64,000 bases of DNA from Octopus vulgaris (GCA_951406725.2 OX597824.1:77314001-77378000), one strand, 5' to 3'; positions 43,686 through 55,972 are shown, numbered from the stretch's first letter. Program-made: numbers and translations. Notes: a model not told the origin generated them from the letters alone.

Positions 43686-44259
43686 CTGTTGTTCTAGAAG
43701 TGCTCTCTACCACAATGAACCAAACAACATCTCTACATCTCCTCTCTTCCTCACATTTATATTTCATGATTCATAATTACCCCCCCCCGCTCCCCAATAT
43801 TGTCCCCTTGGCCCAGTGCCACTGTATCATTGCACTCTGCTTGCCCCTGCCTTGTGCATTCTACCCACATGCCTTGTTTCACTTTATTATTGCCATCTGC
43901 TAGACCTTGACAATGAAATAAAATGAAATAAAATATTTAGAAACTTTGGAAAATACATATACACACACAAACACACACATACACATATATACAAAAACAC
44001 AGACACATATACACACAAACACACAGGCACAAACAAACAAACAGACACACATGCACGTATACAGGACATGTTTCTTTCAGTTTCTATCTCGTAAGTCCAG
44101 ACACAAGGCTATGGATGGCCTAGGGCTATATTAGAAAACATGGGCAAGGTTCCACATAATGATAGAGTGCTCATAAAATATGATGAGAAATGAAGTTCTT
44201 AACCCACTCATATATACATATATATACATATATATATATACACACACACACACACATTT

Positions 44260-44420
44260 GTATGTATGCATATTTATTTCCTCATATTTCTTTCTGTTGA
44301 AGAGCATAGGCTCAGAATATAAAAGACTTTCTCATGATCCCAAGCGTCAAACTAATATACTTCCTTGTTTGTTCATACACCTGTTTTCGTCTTTTGTTTC
44401 TCTGTAAATTTCAACTAAAT
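44260..44420 (+). mobile_element. HHR-bearing (TA)n element of the 16362 family, decayed
   Basis: CTTTCTGTTGAAGAGCATAGGCTCAGAATATAAAAG plus the shared tail. Confidence 0.7.
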
Positions 44421-44644
44421 TTACACATGTATATGTATATGTATATATATTTATATGTATGTATATATATATATATATTTGTATGTATGTATGCATGTAT
44501 GTATATATATATATGTATATGATATATGTATATATATATATGTATGTATATATATATATGTATATAATATATGTTTGTATCTATCTATCTATCTGTTTGT
44601 ATCTATCTATCTATCTGTCTATCTATCTAGCATCTAGCTATATA

Positions 44645-45098
44645 CTCTCTTTACGCTTTTACTTGTTTCAGTCATTTGACTGCGGCCATGCTGGAGCACC
44701 GCCTTTAGTCGAGCTAATCGACCCCAGGACTTATTCTTTGGAAGCCTAGTACTTATTCGATCGGTCTCTTTTGCCAAACCACTAAGTTATGGGGACATAA
44801 ACATACCACCATCGATTATCAAGCGATGTTGGGGGTGGGGACAAACACAGACACTCAAACATATATATGCATACATATATATATAGATGCCCATCATATA
44901 TATGTATATATATATATATATATATATACATATATATGATGGGCATCTTCCACTTTCCATCTACCAAATCCACTCACAAGTCTTTGGTCGGCCCGAGGCT
45001 ATAGTAGAAGACACTTGCCCAAGGTGCCACACAGTGGGAATGAACCCAGAACCATGTGGTTGGTAAGCAAGCTGCCTACCACACAGCCACTCCTGTAC
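44645..45098 (-). mobile_element. SINE family B
   Basis: Homologous to 12306. Confidence 0.9.
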
Positions 45099-45116
45099 CT
45101 ATATATATACATATAT

Positions 45117-45152
<36 letters not shown>

Positions 45153-45981
45153 CATATATATACACTTATATCATAGTGCAGTTATGTATATCGTTAGCAA
45201 TTCATTTTATGTCCTCTTCTTTTTCATTGCTGGCATGGATTTCATAGGTCTCAGGGCATTTTAACGACTTTCCACACAGTCCTTTGTCATCCTGCTCACA
45301 CAACAGCAACAGAGATGTGATTGTTTGTTGCTGTGAGTCTCATGTTTGATCTTTTAGCATGGTTTTTTTTTAATGCATAGAACTTCACCATACCTTCAAA
45401 CACATTTCTTTTTATTTTACTACAGAATGGCTACATTGTATAATGTCACAGGCTCTAGTGCAGTCGTGTGAGATAGAAAAATACTTTCCACTCCTTTGCT
45501 CTCACCAATATAATAAATGAATATGTCCATATGTATGTGTGTGTGTGTGTGTGCATGTGCGCATATCTATCTATCTATCTCTCTCTATATATATATACAT
45601 ATATATATATACTATATATATATATATATATATATACTATATATATACTATATATATATATATATATACATACATACATAATGTATGTATGATACATACA
45701 TACATACATATGTACATATATATATATATACATACATATTTATTTCTTGCGTGTGTGCGTATGTATGTGCATGCATACATGCACATATACATATATCCCC
45801 AACATAGTTATATAAATGTTATTTTTCAATTAATGAATTATATATCTAGATAAATATAAAAGCATGTGTGTGTGTGTGTGTGTGTGCGAGTCTGTATCTA
45901 TTTATATGTATATCTCTATATTTATACATACAATGTACATATATATGTATATATATGTATTTATCCATATATACGTGTGTA

Positions 45982-46042
<61 letters not shown>

Positions 46043-46761
46043 GGAGAGAGAGAGAGAGAGTGAGAGAGAGAGAAATTGAGAGGGAGGGAGAGATAGGGAA
46101 ATAGATAGTTATAGATACACACCACCACAAAACACATATATGTATATGTATATATAAATATATATATATGTATAGAGAGAGAGAGGGGGGGAGAGAGACA
46201 GATACACACACACACACATATATATACATATATCTATACATATATATACACACCCATACATATATGTGTAAATATATATGAGTGCGTATATTAGTGTGTG
46301 TGTATATATGTGTGTGTGTATATATGTGTGTGTGTATGTGTATGTATGTGTATGAGTGTGTGTGTATATGTGTGTGTATGTGTATGTGTGTATTTGTGTG
46401 TATGTGTATGTGTGTACACACATTTGTACACATACTCGCACTTTCAGTGTAATGATATCTTTTAAACAGGAGAATATTGTGCAGTTCCTACTTTGTAAAT
46501 AGATTGATATCGTAAAACAAAGCAATAAAACAACTGGAAAAGCAATTTGATATGGTTTACCTGAATGTAAAATTTATATAGCAAGGTGAATCAGAAATTA
46601 AACCTCTGAAAGCTGCTTTTATAACTGTTAGATAGAGTTGCATTTATTTTTGTTTCTGCGGTTTTATTTTCCTTATGCAGGTCTCAAGAGTTAACTAGAG
46701 AAAACAGAAAACAATAGACAGAACTGGTTTAAATTAACTTTGAATTTAAACTACCTTAGTA

Positions 46762-47075
46762 GGAGGCGTGGCCTTGTGGTAAGAACCTTGCTTTCCAACC
46801 ACATGCTACTAGATTTAGTCTCACTGTACAGTACCTTAGGCAAATGCCTTATGAGTTGTATATATTGTATTTGGTGTGTGTGTGTGTTTCTCTTCAGCCT
46901 TGCCGTTTGACAAGTGTTACTGGATTTATGTCCCTTTAACTTAGCAGTTTCGCAAAAAGACCGATAGAATAAGTACTAGGCTTAAAGTATATATCCTGGG
47001 GTTCATTTGTTTGATTGAACCCCTTTAACCATGGCTGCAGTGAAAATGACTGAAACAAGTAAAAGAATATGAGAA
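46762..47075 (+). mobile_element. SINE family B, old
   Basis: Homologous to 12306. Confidence 0.75.
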
Positions 47076-47081
47076 TAATAA

Positions 47082-47512
47082 ATCATCATCATTATCTTCA
47101 TCATTGTTTAACATCTGTTTTCCAAGCTGGTATGGGTTAGAGGGTTTGACTGAAGCCTGGTTTGACAGAAGGCTGCACTAGGCTCCAGTCTGATCTGGCA
47201 AGGTTTCTACACTTGGATGCCCTTCCTAATGCCAGCCACTCCAAGAGTGTAGTGTGTGCTTTTTACATGTCACCGGTATGAGGGCCAGTCAGGCGGCACT
47301 GACATCGACTACGCTCAAATGGTGCTTTTTATGTGCCACCCGCACAGATGCCAGTCAGGTGGCACTGGCATCAGCCACAACAATGATATCTCTTGACTCA
47401 ACAGGTCTTTGCAAGCCCAATTTGTTGCCAAATGATTTAAGGGTACTCTGAAGTGGGCCAGTTATACTGCACTGGCATAGGCCACAGTTACAGTCTTGCT
47501 TGGCTTGCCGAG

Positions 47513-47517
<5 letters not shown>
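47082..47517 (-). mobile_element. Family D: longest copy, reaching the RTE ORF end
   Basis: Minus strand begins AAAAGACTCGGCAAGCCAAG (KTRQAK), comparable to GAGAAGACCCG at 43660; (GAT)n tail. Confidence 0.82.
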
Positions 47518-47584
<67 letters not shown>

Positions 47585-47610
47585 TATGTATGTATGTATA
47601 TATGTATATA

Positions 47611-47649
<39 letters not shown>

Positions 47650-47932
47650 GTATCAAGGACTTATAATCCTTTAAGGGATGTTAGCATCCTAAGTCTTCGG
47701 TTTATACCAGCATTCAGTGAAAACTAAAATATATATCTAGATAAATGTGTGTGCATGTGTGTGTGTGTGTGTGTGCGTGAATCTGTATCTATTTATACAT
47801 ATATCTCTATATCTATACATACATATGTACATATATGTGCATATATATATATGTATTTATATGTGTGTGTGTGTTTGTGTATGTGTGTGTGTGTGTGTGT
47901 GTATGTATGTTTGGAGTAATTCCTTACTATTT

Positions 47933-47980
<48 letters not shown>

Positions 47981-48023
47981 ATATATATACACATATGTAT
48001 ATTTGTATGTATATATACATCTA

Positions 48024-48058
<35 letters not shown>

Positions 48059-48564
48059 GGGTATGTATATGTGGAGTGCTCAGCCACTTGCACGTGTTCC
48101 ATTGATTGTATCAACTGGAGCCGTCATCGTCATAATTAATGGAATGCCAGTTATATATATATATATGCATATGTAGAGATAGATAGATAGACAGATAGAT
48201 AGACAGATAGATAGACAGATAGATAGATATCAATGAAAAATCCTCAGGGAAGCTTTCAGACACACCTAAGAGAGCTTTATTGATATAATGTAGAGAGCAA
48301 ATTTTTTTCTTTTAACTGTGGTTATCCTTGTAATTAATAGATAAAATCTCATCCTAAAAGTGTCAGAAATCTAAATTGAATCAAGAAAAGAGCTAACTAG
48401 ATTAACATCAGCTAATCCAAACATTCATATTGGCTAGAAAATATAAATGAATATTTTGACATACAGACATGCACACATACACACTCATGTATTTGTATAT
48501 TTAAATACGGGTGCAGGGAACAAACTGTCGTCTAATTAACACAAAAGTGAAAACATCACTGACA

Positions 48565-48995
48565 AGGCACAGGAGTGGCTGTGTGGTAAGTAGCTTGTTT
48601 ACCAACCACATGGTTCTGGGTTCAGTCCCACTGCGTGGCACCTTAGGCAAGTGTCTTCTACTATAGTCTCGGGCAGACCAAAGCCTTGTGAGTGGATTTG
48701 GTAGACGGAAACTGAAAGAAGCCTGTCGTATATATGTACATATATATATATATATATGTATGTGTATGTGTGTGTGTTTCTGTATGTGTGTTTGTCCCCC
48801 TAGCATTGCTTGACAACCGATGCTGGTGTGTTTATGTCCCCGTAACTTAGCGGTTCAGCAAAAGAGACCGATAGAATAAGTACTGGGCTTACAAAGAATA
48901 AGTCCCGGGTTCGAGTTGCTCGATTAAAGGCAGTGCTCCAGCATAGCCACAGTCAAATGACTGAAACAAGTAAAAGAGTAAAGAGTAAGAGAGTA
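48565..48995 (+). mobile_element. SINE family B, young
   Basis: Near-identical to 24246. Confidence 0.92.
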
Positions 48996-49019
48996 ACTCA
49001 TCTTAACAGATATATTTAC

Positions 49020-49774
49020 CTAAGTTGCGTAATAATATCTTGAAATTCTAAAGAGTAAATTTATTTGATAAAATCGCCATTGACCTCAACTACAGCCTCC
49101 AGATGACTTTGGAATCTCCTGCAACTCTTCAGGATGATCACCTTGCATTTGGTTCATCAAGGAGTTTTGTTGGTCTCTTGCTCAACTGTGCCCCCACACA
49201 TAATAATCAGTTGGGTTTCAGTCTGGGGGAGTTAGGAGGCCAGATATTAGGGGTGATGTGGTCGCAGAAATTATCTGACAGGCATGACTGGGTTCTCTTG
49301 CTTGTGTGGCATGGTGCAGAGTCCTGTTGCCAGACATAGGATGTTCCAGCAGTCACTCTCTTGACCCAGGGCAGTACTACCTCCCCCAGGCTTCTGTGTT
49401 GAGACTAAAGCCACGTAGGGAGATGAATGGAGGCATAACGTCACCATCACTAGTGATCACTCCAAATACCATGATGTTGACTGGATGTTTGATTTTTATC
49501 ACTCTAGGGACATGTCTGCAGATTGCACTGTCCTCAGATTGGCACCCAAACATTCTGAAATGCTTGTATTGGAGTTTCTGGTGGGAATTTTAATCAGTAC
49601 AGTATGTAATTTCCAAATTTCTGGCAGTGTGAATTGCATCATGGTGCTGTTTTTCTCACTGACAGTACCCAACTGACCCTACTATACTGTGTAGTTGACA
49701 AAATCAAAAACAAACAATGAGCATGCATGAAATTAGAAATATAAAAGGGCGACAATTTACCCATTGCACCCAGT
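49020..49774 (-). pseudogene. Decayed, internally deleted Tc1/mariner-superfamily transposon (maT/DD37D-like)
   Basis: Minus-strand translation YVWQQDSAPCHTSKRTQSCLSDNFCDHITPNIWPPNSPD..DYYV; TA-CTGGGTGCAATGGG terminus at 49774. Confidence 0.82.
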
Positions 49775-50005
49775 ATATGACACGCATTCATACAGATATG
49801 CATTTATGTATGTATGTATGTATGTATGTATGTATGTGTGTATTATGTATGAGTGTATGTATGTATGTATGTATGCATGTATTTATGTATGTATGTATGT
49901 GTGTGTGTACATATGTCTGTTCTATTTCTCTTTTTAATTTTAGAGAAAATTTTGTCCAGTTACCCACTTGGTAGCCAAGTTATAAAGGAAAGTATCTTGT
50001 CTTGA

Positions 50006-50390
50006 CTAGCATCTTTTAAATTTTAAAAAGGTCTTGTAGATATTTATAGTCCCAGAGAAGATCACTTGTAGCATATCAGTTAAGGATTTGCATTCTCTCC
50101 CCAAGATCCTAACTTCAGCCACACTTTGCTCCAGACTGGTTGGTATGTATCCTGTTGCTCCAATAATAGTAAGTATGAGTCTGAAACTGTATCTTGGGTG
50201 CTAGATTTGCAAAGTCTTTATAAATGGTCCATAGATGTCTTCTTTCTCATGTATTTTTCTAACCAAATTTGTGTCCAGAGGGCAGCTGGTTTCCACTACA
50301 GAACGTATCTTTTCTTTGTGGTCCCACACAACAATATCTGGTCGTTCATGTTTTAACGTGGTGTCTATTCTGTATTTCAAGTCCCAACAA
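50006..50390 (-). pseudogene. R4/Dong-like non-LTR retrotransposon 3' fragment (restriction-like endonuclease domain)
   Basis: WDLKYRIDTTLKHERPDIVVWDHKEK..VETSCPLDTNL..KEDIY then IIGATGYIP...GTINIYKTFL (RPD..D/E endonuclease motif); one internal stop. Confidence 0.88.
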
Positions 50391-50440
50391 TGTATGTATG
50401 TATGTATGTATGTAACAACCTCCACATAAACCAAAAAATA

Positions 50441-51004
50441 GAGGTATAAGGATTTGCTGAAGGCTTCCTTAAGAGATGCTTGCATCTCTCCTGACACATG
50501 GGAAGGCATAGCTATTGATCGTAGCAGGTGGAGAAGGATTGTGCATGAAGGGACAGCCACTTTTGAGAAATTTCGAGTTGCACACGAGAAAGTAAGGAGG
50601 GATGTCAGGAAGGGCAGCGCTGTTACACTTCCAGAAGGGAATGGTCTTCCTATGACCCTGCCTCAGTAAAGCTGGACTCAAGAGTCATCTTCGTAGTCAT
50701 AAAACGAGACAGATAAGTGACAACCTGGCCACTGGTGGTGGTGTAACAAACCATACTAATCATATCTGTCGGGCATGTGGAAGAGAGTGTAATTTGGCAG
50801 GGGGACTTAAATGACATGCAAAGGTACATGAAGCCCAGTTACAACTACAGCTGGCTATTACCAGTAAAGGTTTTAGTTGCCAATTTTGTACAAGACATTG
50901 TAGATCTTTAGCTGGGCTAAAAAGTCACATTCGATCACAGCACCAGTAACAGTTAAGCTTCGTGCAATAGCCATACTCGATAACGAGGGGGCAGCCATAA
51001 TAAT
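50441..51004 (+). pseudogene. 5'-truncated RTE-clade LINE with multiple C-terminal C2H2 zinc fingers
   Basis: RYKDLLKASL..WEGIAIDRSRWRR, then CLSKAGLKSHLRSH, CRACGRECNLAGGLK*H and CQFCTRHCRSLAGLKSHIRSQH*; stop at 50949; short UTR and TAA/(TGTA)n tail. Confidence 0.88.
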
Positions 51005-51471
51005 GTATGTATGTGTGTATGTATGTATGTATGTATGTATGTATGTATGTATGTATGTATGTATGTATGTATGCATGTGCACTGTATGTATATATACATT
51101 ATAGAAAGAGATGGAAGGGTAGATAATGGATGGAGAAATATAAGCAAACGATTTCAGCTTAAGTATTTCCTAATAACATTGGCAGCATTCCAACTTGGAG
51201 AAAATTCAGAGTGATGTGGAAAAGTCCGGACATGAAGGGGTTGAAGAGAAGTAATCAGGGAGAGCAGAGGTGGAAGGAAGGAGGAAGGAAAGAAGGAAAA
51301 AAAAGAGAAAAGAAAAAAATGCAAGAAAAGCCCAGAGAGATCAGAATATATTTATATATATATAACTTCCTCATCTAGTTGGGGTGGTAGTCCAGAGGTA
51401 GGAACGTCAGTTGAAAGCATGATTGCGCACCCACCATATATATATAAATAGCATTGTTATATACATATAGC

Positions 51472-51503
<32 letters not shown>

Positions 51504-51652
51504 TATATATACATATATACACATTCACACACACACACAAGCATATAAGTATATATGTTTACACACACACACACACACACACATATAATACACATACATA
51601 CAAACATACACACACACATGTATATGTGATATACGTACATGCATATACATAC

Positions 51653-51706
<54 letters not shown>

Positions 51707-51855
51707 GTGTGTATTGCTGATGAGCATTCTTCGACTTTTTCTGTCTAAAAGGTTTTCGCAACCTAATATTTGCATATCATTTATACCTCTAAATGTGCAT
51801 CGAGATTCAGTTCCAACATGTGTGTGTGTATACACATATATATACACATATATAT

Positions 51856-51901
<46 letters not shown>

Positions 51902-51904
51902 TAT

Positions 51905-52147
51905 ATACACAGATAAAGGGTGAAATATAATTAATTTAATAAAATCAACAAATTTCACCAAGTAGTATTTCGGTATAGAAAAGGACCATATTCGGTTAAA
52001 GTATATATAATTATAACAATGAGGGTCTTTGCAACAAGTTGCTAGACCACATACCGAAAGTATTAGAAATAGCAGCCAGAAAACTACTATTTCCTTTTAC
52101 TACAAAAATATGTCTCCACAGACAACAGTATTTGTAACTCATTATGT

Positions 52148-52150
<3 letters not shown>
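51905..52150 (-). mobile_element. (TA)n-embedded element of the 23745 family
   Basis: ATAAAGGGTGAAAT..AATTAATTTA..AATTTCACCAAGTAG..TTCGG..ATTC..AAG collinear with 23757-23880. Confidence 0.78.
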
Positions 52151-52190
<40 letters not shown>

Positions 52191-52197
<7 letters not shown>

Positions 52198-52837
52198 AGA
52201 GTTAACAATAAGTGGCTAACTCTAGTGCTAGAAATAACTCCTTATTCTGGTATAGCCACCGAAGATTTTTCCACAACAGAAACAGCATTACCCTCAACAT
52301 AGGGGAAGCGAAATACAACAAAAAGATCAATACTGAACAATTGTTTCCTTATCAACATAATATGTAATCATACTCACATATTTGTCTATAATTCATCAGC
52401 AGTATTTGTCCTCGATACAATTTATCAGACCCACACGGGGGATGAAATACACATATAGATCAGACCCCATGTGTATTTCATCGCCCGTGTGGGTCTGATA
52501 AATTGTATCGAGGACAAATACTGCTTATGAATTATAGACAAATATGTGAGTATGATTACATATTATGTTGATAAGGAAAAAATTGTTCAGTATTGATCTA
52601 TCTTTTTGTTGTATTTCGCTTCCCCTACGTTGAGGGTAATGCTGTTTCTGCTGTGGAAAAAATCTTCGGTGGCTATACCAGAATAAGGAGCTATTTGTAG
52701 CACTAGAGTTAGCCACTTATCGTTAACTCTCTTATATTTATATATAAATTTGTACTCCCTGGTTTCTATGTGCTAGGCCACTTGGTGTTAAACTGACGGT
52801 ATTATTAAATTTATATCTAATTTTTCACCCTCATTTA

Positions 52838-52845
<8 letters not shown>
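52191..52845 (+). mobile_element. (TA)n-embedded long fold-back element: arms 52191-52454 and 52469-52737, 14-nt loop, tail of about 105 bp
   Basis: Arms are reverse complements with about 8 substitutions and one 4-nt indel counted by eye; tail CACTTGGTG...TTTCACCCTCATTTAT resembles the 23745 family terminus. Confidence 0.88.
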
Positions 52846-52871
<26 letters not shown>

Positions 52872-52878
<7 letters not shown>

Positions 52879-53105
52879 ATAAATATCAAAGTGAGTTATA
52901 TACAGTAGCAGTAACACATTGTGACGCATATTTGCCATTTCAATATGGCTACCCCTAAGGGTGGATGCTACTGTAGTTTTTAGCCCCAGGAGGGCACAGA
53001 AAGTGTTACTATGGCCAGCTGGAGGAGTGTGTCCTCCTGGGGCTAAAAACTACAGTAGCATCCACCCTTAGGGGCCATATTGAAATGCCATATTCACGAA
53101 ATAAA
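52872..53105. mobile_element. (TA)n-embedded fold-back element with ~63-bp GC-richer arms (52935-52998 / 53028-53089)
   Basis: CCCCTAAGGGTGGATGCTACTGTAGTTTTTAGCCCCAGGAGG and its exact reverse complement. Confidence 0.82.
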
Positions 53106-53110
53106 TATAT

Positions 53111-53151
<41 letters not shown>

Positions 53152-53174
53152 TCATATACATACTCATATATATA

Positions 53175-53455
53175 TCATTGTTCATCGTTTAACATCCATC
53201 TTCCATGGTGGCATAGGTTGGACGATTTGACAGAGGCTGGCCAGGCAGAAGGCCACACCAGATTTCTATGTCTAATTTGGTATGGTTTTTATAACTGGAT
53301 GCACTAACCACCATGCAGAGTGAGGTGACTGAACTTTTTATGTGGAACCAGTAGAGACGAAGTAAATTTTTTACAGCTGGATGCTCTTGCAAATGCCAAT
53401 CACTTTACAGTGTGGACTGGAAGCTTTTTACATGGCACCACCACTGGCAGGGTCC
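53175..53455 (-). mobile_element. Family D, old copy
   Basis: Degenerate match to 16599. Confidence 0.7.
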
Positions 53456-53737
53456 CCTATAAGTGTACATATATATACATATACATATAATAGAAATATG
53501 TTTCAAAAAGAAAATAGAAACTACACATAGAAAAGATATGGGGAAAGTAGAAAGAAAAAGGTTTGCGAAAATGCATATTGAATATCAAAAAAATAAAGGC
53601 TCTTTTATGAAAAGTAGTGATAAATATATACAATTAAATGAACTGAGGTAGAACTAAGAGGAATAAAATTCATTATTTTGAATTGTTAAAGAGATTCGAA
53701 GTCAAACCGGTATCGTCATTGTTGTATATATATATAT

Positions 53738-53966
53738 ACCGGAGTAAGCACATAAATGTGAAGCAAGATGGAAAAAAGAGTACTCAAATACTAGAGGTAG
53801 AGTAATATGCTTTATTTAAAAGCAGCAGAAATATAACAAAAGCTGTTACTCGGAGTTTCGCGTTCCCGTTTGTCGGACAGTTTTGTTAAAATATTTTAAC
53901 AAACGGGAACGCGAAACTCCGAGTAACAGCTTTTGTTATATTTCTGCTGCTTTTAAATAAAGTATA

Positions 53967-53967
<1 letters not shown>
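53738..53967 (-). mobile_element. (TA)n-embedded fold-back element with an HHR-like motif and downstream AATAAA (putative PLE terminus)
   Basis: Inverted repeat 53805-53967; unique tail 53738-53804; related fragment at 41916-41990. Confidence 0.82.
53835..53887 (-). ncRNA. Minimal type-I hammerhead-like motif
   Basis: AACAAAACUGU-CCGACAA-A-CG(GGAA)CG-C-GAAA-CUC-C-GAG-UA-ACAG-C-UUUUGUU. Confidence 0.55.
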
Positions 53968-54026
<59 letters not shown>

Positions 54027-54030
<4 letters not shown>

Positions 54031-54211
54031 TGATCGCTAGCCACTGAACTTTTTTATTTTCTCTCTCTGATTATGTCTGTATTCCTTTCTGTTGAAGAGC
54101 ATAGGCTCGAAATGTGAAAAACTTTCTCACTTCCTGAGCATTAAACAACATTGTTGTTTACACACCCGTCTTTGTATTTTGTTTTGTTTGTTTTTTTTGT
54201 AAATTCCAATA

Positions 54212-54213
<2 letters not shown>
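54027..54213 (+). mobile_element. HHR-bearing (TA)n element of the 16362 family
   Basis: GATCGCTAGCCACT...CTTTCTGTTGAAGAGCATAGGCTCGAAATGTGAAA...GTAAATTCC-(TA)n. Confidence 0.78.
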
Positions 54214-54256
<43 letters not shown>

Positions 54257-54294
54257 TTTGTATTTATGTATATATGTATTTGTTTCTTTTATTT

Positions 54295-54390
54295 TTTAAT
54301 TCTTTTAGTTGTTTGACTGTGGCCATGCTGGAGCACCAACTTTCAGTCGAACAAATCAACCCCAAGTCTTATTTTTGTAAGCCTAGTACT

Positions 54391-54422
<32 letters not shown>

Positions 54423-54582
54423 CGACGGGCTTCTTTGAGTTTCTGTCTACCAAATCCACTCACAAGGCTTTGGTTGACCTGACACTATAGTAGACGACAC
54501 TAGCCCGAGGTGCCACGCAATGGGATGGAATCCGGAACCATGTGGTTCGGAAGCAGGCTTCTTACCATGCAGCCACTCCTGC
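54295..54582 (-). mobile_element. SINE family B, internally deleted
   Basis: Homologous to 12306. Confidence 0.82.
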
Positions 54583-55047
54583 ATGCTTGTAAATCATCAT
54601 CATCATCATCATCACTAATGATTAATGTGGTGACATGTGATCTATTTATCTAGGGTATTGCACTGATGAGCATAAGATTGTGGCTTTGATTCCTATACTG
54701 GGCATTGCGTTGTGTTTTGGAACAAAACAGTTCATTTCACACTGCTCCAGTCCACTCAGAGCAACAAAAATAAGTGCCATAGAAATGGCACAAGGAATTG
54801 GGCTTTATGAGCTTGTGGCTTCGAAAGGACCTTTGATCCCATTTGTTATAAATAACTACTAACAGAAGTGAAATTGAAACAGTGCATGTGTTCCTTTTGG
54901 TTGAAATGACCCTCCCAACATGATACAATTTATATTTCATGGAACGTTTTACAAGAATTCTACGAAATGGATACAAAAAATAAATATAATTCATATGCAT
55001 GTGTGTGTGAGTGTGTGTGTGTATGTGAGTGAATATATGTCAATATT

Positions 55048-55198
55048 AGTATTTTATAGGCTTAAAGCTTACTAGCGATCACTGTGCAATGACTAAAAAA
55101 AGGAGTCTAATAATGTGGCATATAAGCCCCATTATTAGTCCATTTTCTACAGTCATTGCACGATGATTGCTTATAAACAATAAGCTTATAAAATACTA
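55048..55198. repeat. Degenerate ~150-bp hairpin
   Basis: TAGTATTTTATAGGCTTA..GTGCAATGACT..CTAATAATG / CATTATTAG..AGTCATTGCAC..TAAGCTTATAAAATACTA. Confidence 0.72.
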
Positions 55199-55574
55199 TT
55201 GTAAAAAACATCAATGCTGCTTAACAAAAACCATCACAGATATATATATATATATATATATACTCACACACAAATATGTGTGTATCTATGTACGTATCTA
55301 TGTGAGGGTATATGTGTGTTTGTGTGAATTGTATGATTCAAACAGAAAACCACAGAGCTACAAACAGTGAAGCTTGCTGTCATTTCCTTGACAACAAATC
55401 CTCTGTTGGCTCTGTGCTTTCAAGGAGATGTGGAATAAGAAAGCTGTGTCTTGAAAAGTAGGTAAATGTAAGTGACAGGAGAGGCATCCAGCTGTAAAGA
55501 AGAATGCCTCAATATTGTAAATATGTGTGTGTGTGTGTGTGTATACACATATATACATATATCCACAAACACAT

Positions 55575-55592
55575 GAGTGTATATATGTATAT

Positions 55593-55630
<38 letters not shown>

Positions 55631-55676
55631 AATACATATATATATAAATATAAATATATATATATAAATATAAATA

Positions 55677-55714
<38 letters not shown>

Positions 55715-55772
55715 GTATACATAAATATAAATATATATATACATATATGTATATATATATATAAATATACAT

Positions 55773-55803
<31 letters not shown>

Positions 55804-55824
55804 AATATACATATATATATACAG

Positions 55825-55886
<62 letters not shown>

Positions 55887-55972
55887 CGATTGATACAAAT
55901 ACACATATATACATAAATTCACACACACATAAGCTTATCTATATGTCTGTATATATGTGCCCGTATGTATGC

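Noticed and set aside
51717-51725. CTGATGAG (also at 54664)
   Set aside because: There is no downstream helix II plus GAAA, and the 54664 hit lies in a decayed SINE head.
52965-52995. Twister- or HDV-like ribozyme in the 52872 element
   Set aside because: The required P2 and pseudoknot pairings could not be formed by eye.
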